Assembly: GCA_022574775.1 (NCBI GenBank) | Contig: JACZRI010000004.1 | Span: forward strand, 1-59,268 | Origin: Patescibacteria group bacterium | GTDB taxonomy: Bacteria; Patescibacteriota; Minisyncoccia; Minisyncoccales; RBG-13-36-15 | Length of the DNA: 59,268 bases | Reading direction: 5' to 3' | Shown here: positions 58,358-59,268 of the stretch, piece by piece | How the letters are laid out: every line of letters begins with the position of its first letter | Numbering within the stretch: the first letter of the stretch is position 1 | Program-made: the position numbers and the translations under genes | Notes under the pieces: generated by a model | Database searches by the model: none | Told to the model about the DNA's origin: nothing | What the model saw: the letters and a program-made list of their open reading frames with translations, nothing else

Positions 58358-58615
58358 TTAAAGACGCCTTATCTTCTTATTGAGTGTCCTTAGTTTTATC
58401 CAACCGATAAAAAGGAAACAAAGAGCAGTAATAATCGTAGCACATCCTAATACAAGTAGCAGTATCGCACCTTGGTTCGGTAAATGACTTATTCCAATAC
58501 CAATTGCAAGTGCAGAGAAAGTCCATATAACAGGATTCTTGATCCAATCAATTCTTTCTTTCCATTTTCGCCATTCATAATTAAGATCGCTTCTTCTATC
58601 AACGTCTAGCTGCAT
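58358..58615 (-). CDS. Small 2-TM membrane protein (cassette)
   Basis: Two hydrophobic segments; GGGGGT SD-like site; terminator at 58309-58341. Confidence 0.6.
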   Translation of the reverse strand: MQLDVDRRSDLNYEWRKWKERIDWIKNPVIWTFSALAIGIGISHLPNQGAILLLVLGCATIITALCFLFIGWIKLRTLNKKIRRL

Positions 58616-58955
58616 TACTCATAACCCCCTTCTGGTGTGCTGTTTTCAGCTTAGCAAGTCTTAAAAATATATCAAGCCTGAAACCAAAAAACCGCCTTCT
58701 TGGCGATTTTCTCGTAGCTGGCATCCTCGGTCTAGAACCTATGTTTTAAGGGGAAATTCGGGGGTTTGGGGCGTGTCTCATTGACGTGTCTCGGTCGGGA
58801 TGCTTTGTTCGGGAAATGAGACAAATGAAATAGTCCTTAAGGGTATGTTTTGGTGTCTCATTTTGGAATCTTCCTTCCGTCGCGCCCAGCGCAATAACCA
58901 AATCCTTAAATCTCTTTTATTGAAGTATTAAAACACGAGTAGTTTTTGTAAATAT

Positions 58956-59268
58956 TCATTGAAAAAGCTTTGCTAAATTTTGATTTTCTCTTGCAGAAAC
59001 AATAATCCTAGAAATAGATATTAAATTGGAAATTACGGCAATTAATATTAATGTAGGAAATATTAAACCTGTTATTCCCGCGAACATAATAAGAAGAAGT
59101 CTTCCTGGTCTTTTAAATTTAGGCCCATACCACACAAGATTACGATTTGTTATGTCGCGGTGCTTGGCAGGTAGATAATTAAGAAGTGCAAGCCCCATGA
59201 TCGCAAATGTTGCAATGGGCCAAACTAATGCATTTTGACTAATTATCCAATAGCCATAAGCCATACCA
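58956..59268 (-). CDS. C-terminal part of a membrane protein running off the window, possibly CDP-alcohol phosphatidyltransferase-like
   Basis: Open to the window edge; several TM segments; diagnostic motif not visible. Confidence 0.5.
   Translation of the reverse strand, partial: GMAYGYWIISQNALVWPIATFAIMGLALLNYLPAKHRDITNRNLVWYGPKFKRPGRLLLIMFAGITGLIFPTLILIAVISNLISISRIIVSARENQNLAKLFQ

Larger units (their letters stand above)
35371..58710 (-). repeat. Family A hairpin repeats, AAATCGCCAAGAAGGCGGTTTTTT on the - strand, about 17 copies
   Basis: Copies near 35371, 37797 (partial), 41365 (interrupted), 42636, 43126, 48338, 48867, 52031, 52370, 52883 (interrupted), 53579, 54719, 55418, 55911, 56519, 58149, 58686. 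Confidence 0.95.
43189..58740 (+). repeat. Family B repeats, (T)AGCTGCGGGGCTTGGACGACGTTAGAACCT and the GTGAAAGAAG variant, about 12 copies
   Basis: Copies near 43189, 43977, 48368, 48897, 51717, 53031, 53606 (partial), 54054, 55450, 58219, 58269 (variant), 58716 (partial). Confidence 0.92.
56579..58862 (+). repeat. Family E repeat, about 75 bp, two copies (56579-56653 and 58788-58862)
   Basis: GTCTCGGTC...AATGAGACAAATGA...CTTAAGGGTAT.TTTTGGTGTCTC. Confidence 0.85.

Noticed and set aside
35371..58740. CRISPR array interpretation of the repeats
   Set aside because: Spacing is hundreds to thousands of nt and contains whole genes; no cas operon is present.
43189..58740. Classical integron attC sites (GTTAGAA fits GTTRRRY poorly)
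   Set aside because: No paired RYYYAAC with an attC-type fold is evident, orientation relative to the genes is wrong, and no intI is in the window.

Overview
AT-rich bacterial chromosome segment that looks like Patescibacteria/CPR (Parcubacteria-like). This is inferred from the compact gene set, largely leaderless genes, type IV pilins and long single-strand gene runs. Layout: (1) 1-1640 is a GC-rich, probably chimeric or decayed edge with a DUF3604-like fragment, an IS-like fragment and a desaturase pseudogene. (2) 1.7-13.7 kb holds + strand genes: HDAC, CAP, metalloprotease, PD-(D/E)XK nuclease, a MazG/PEP-swivel fusion, tandem ThyX, rpmE, prfA. (3) 13.7-37 kb holds - strand core genes: lytic transglycosylase, rplY, a glycolysis/gluconeogenesis cluster with two pilins, galU, ftsZ, greA, ppi, ispG, ispH, typA. 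(4) About 35.3-59.3 kb is an array of co-oriented stand-alone genes or small operons (MacAB-like ABC exporter, mer-like operon, HAD, NADAR, HD, Nudix, GNAT, SRPBCC, DEAD-box and others) separated by modular repeats. The main repeat modules are a terminator hairpin that also supplies a -35 box, a tRNA-Gln-like 3'-end mimic fused to an open recombinase-like 'D/E-VRT' tail, and a module that can carry the stop codon of the upstream gene. The best candidate new system is this integron-like, tRNA-anchored cassette array; no integrase or tRNA gene is visible inside the window. No rRNA, intact tRNA or CRISPR array was found. All calls are from reading the sequence by eye; no searches were run.
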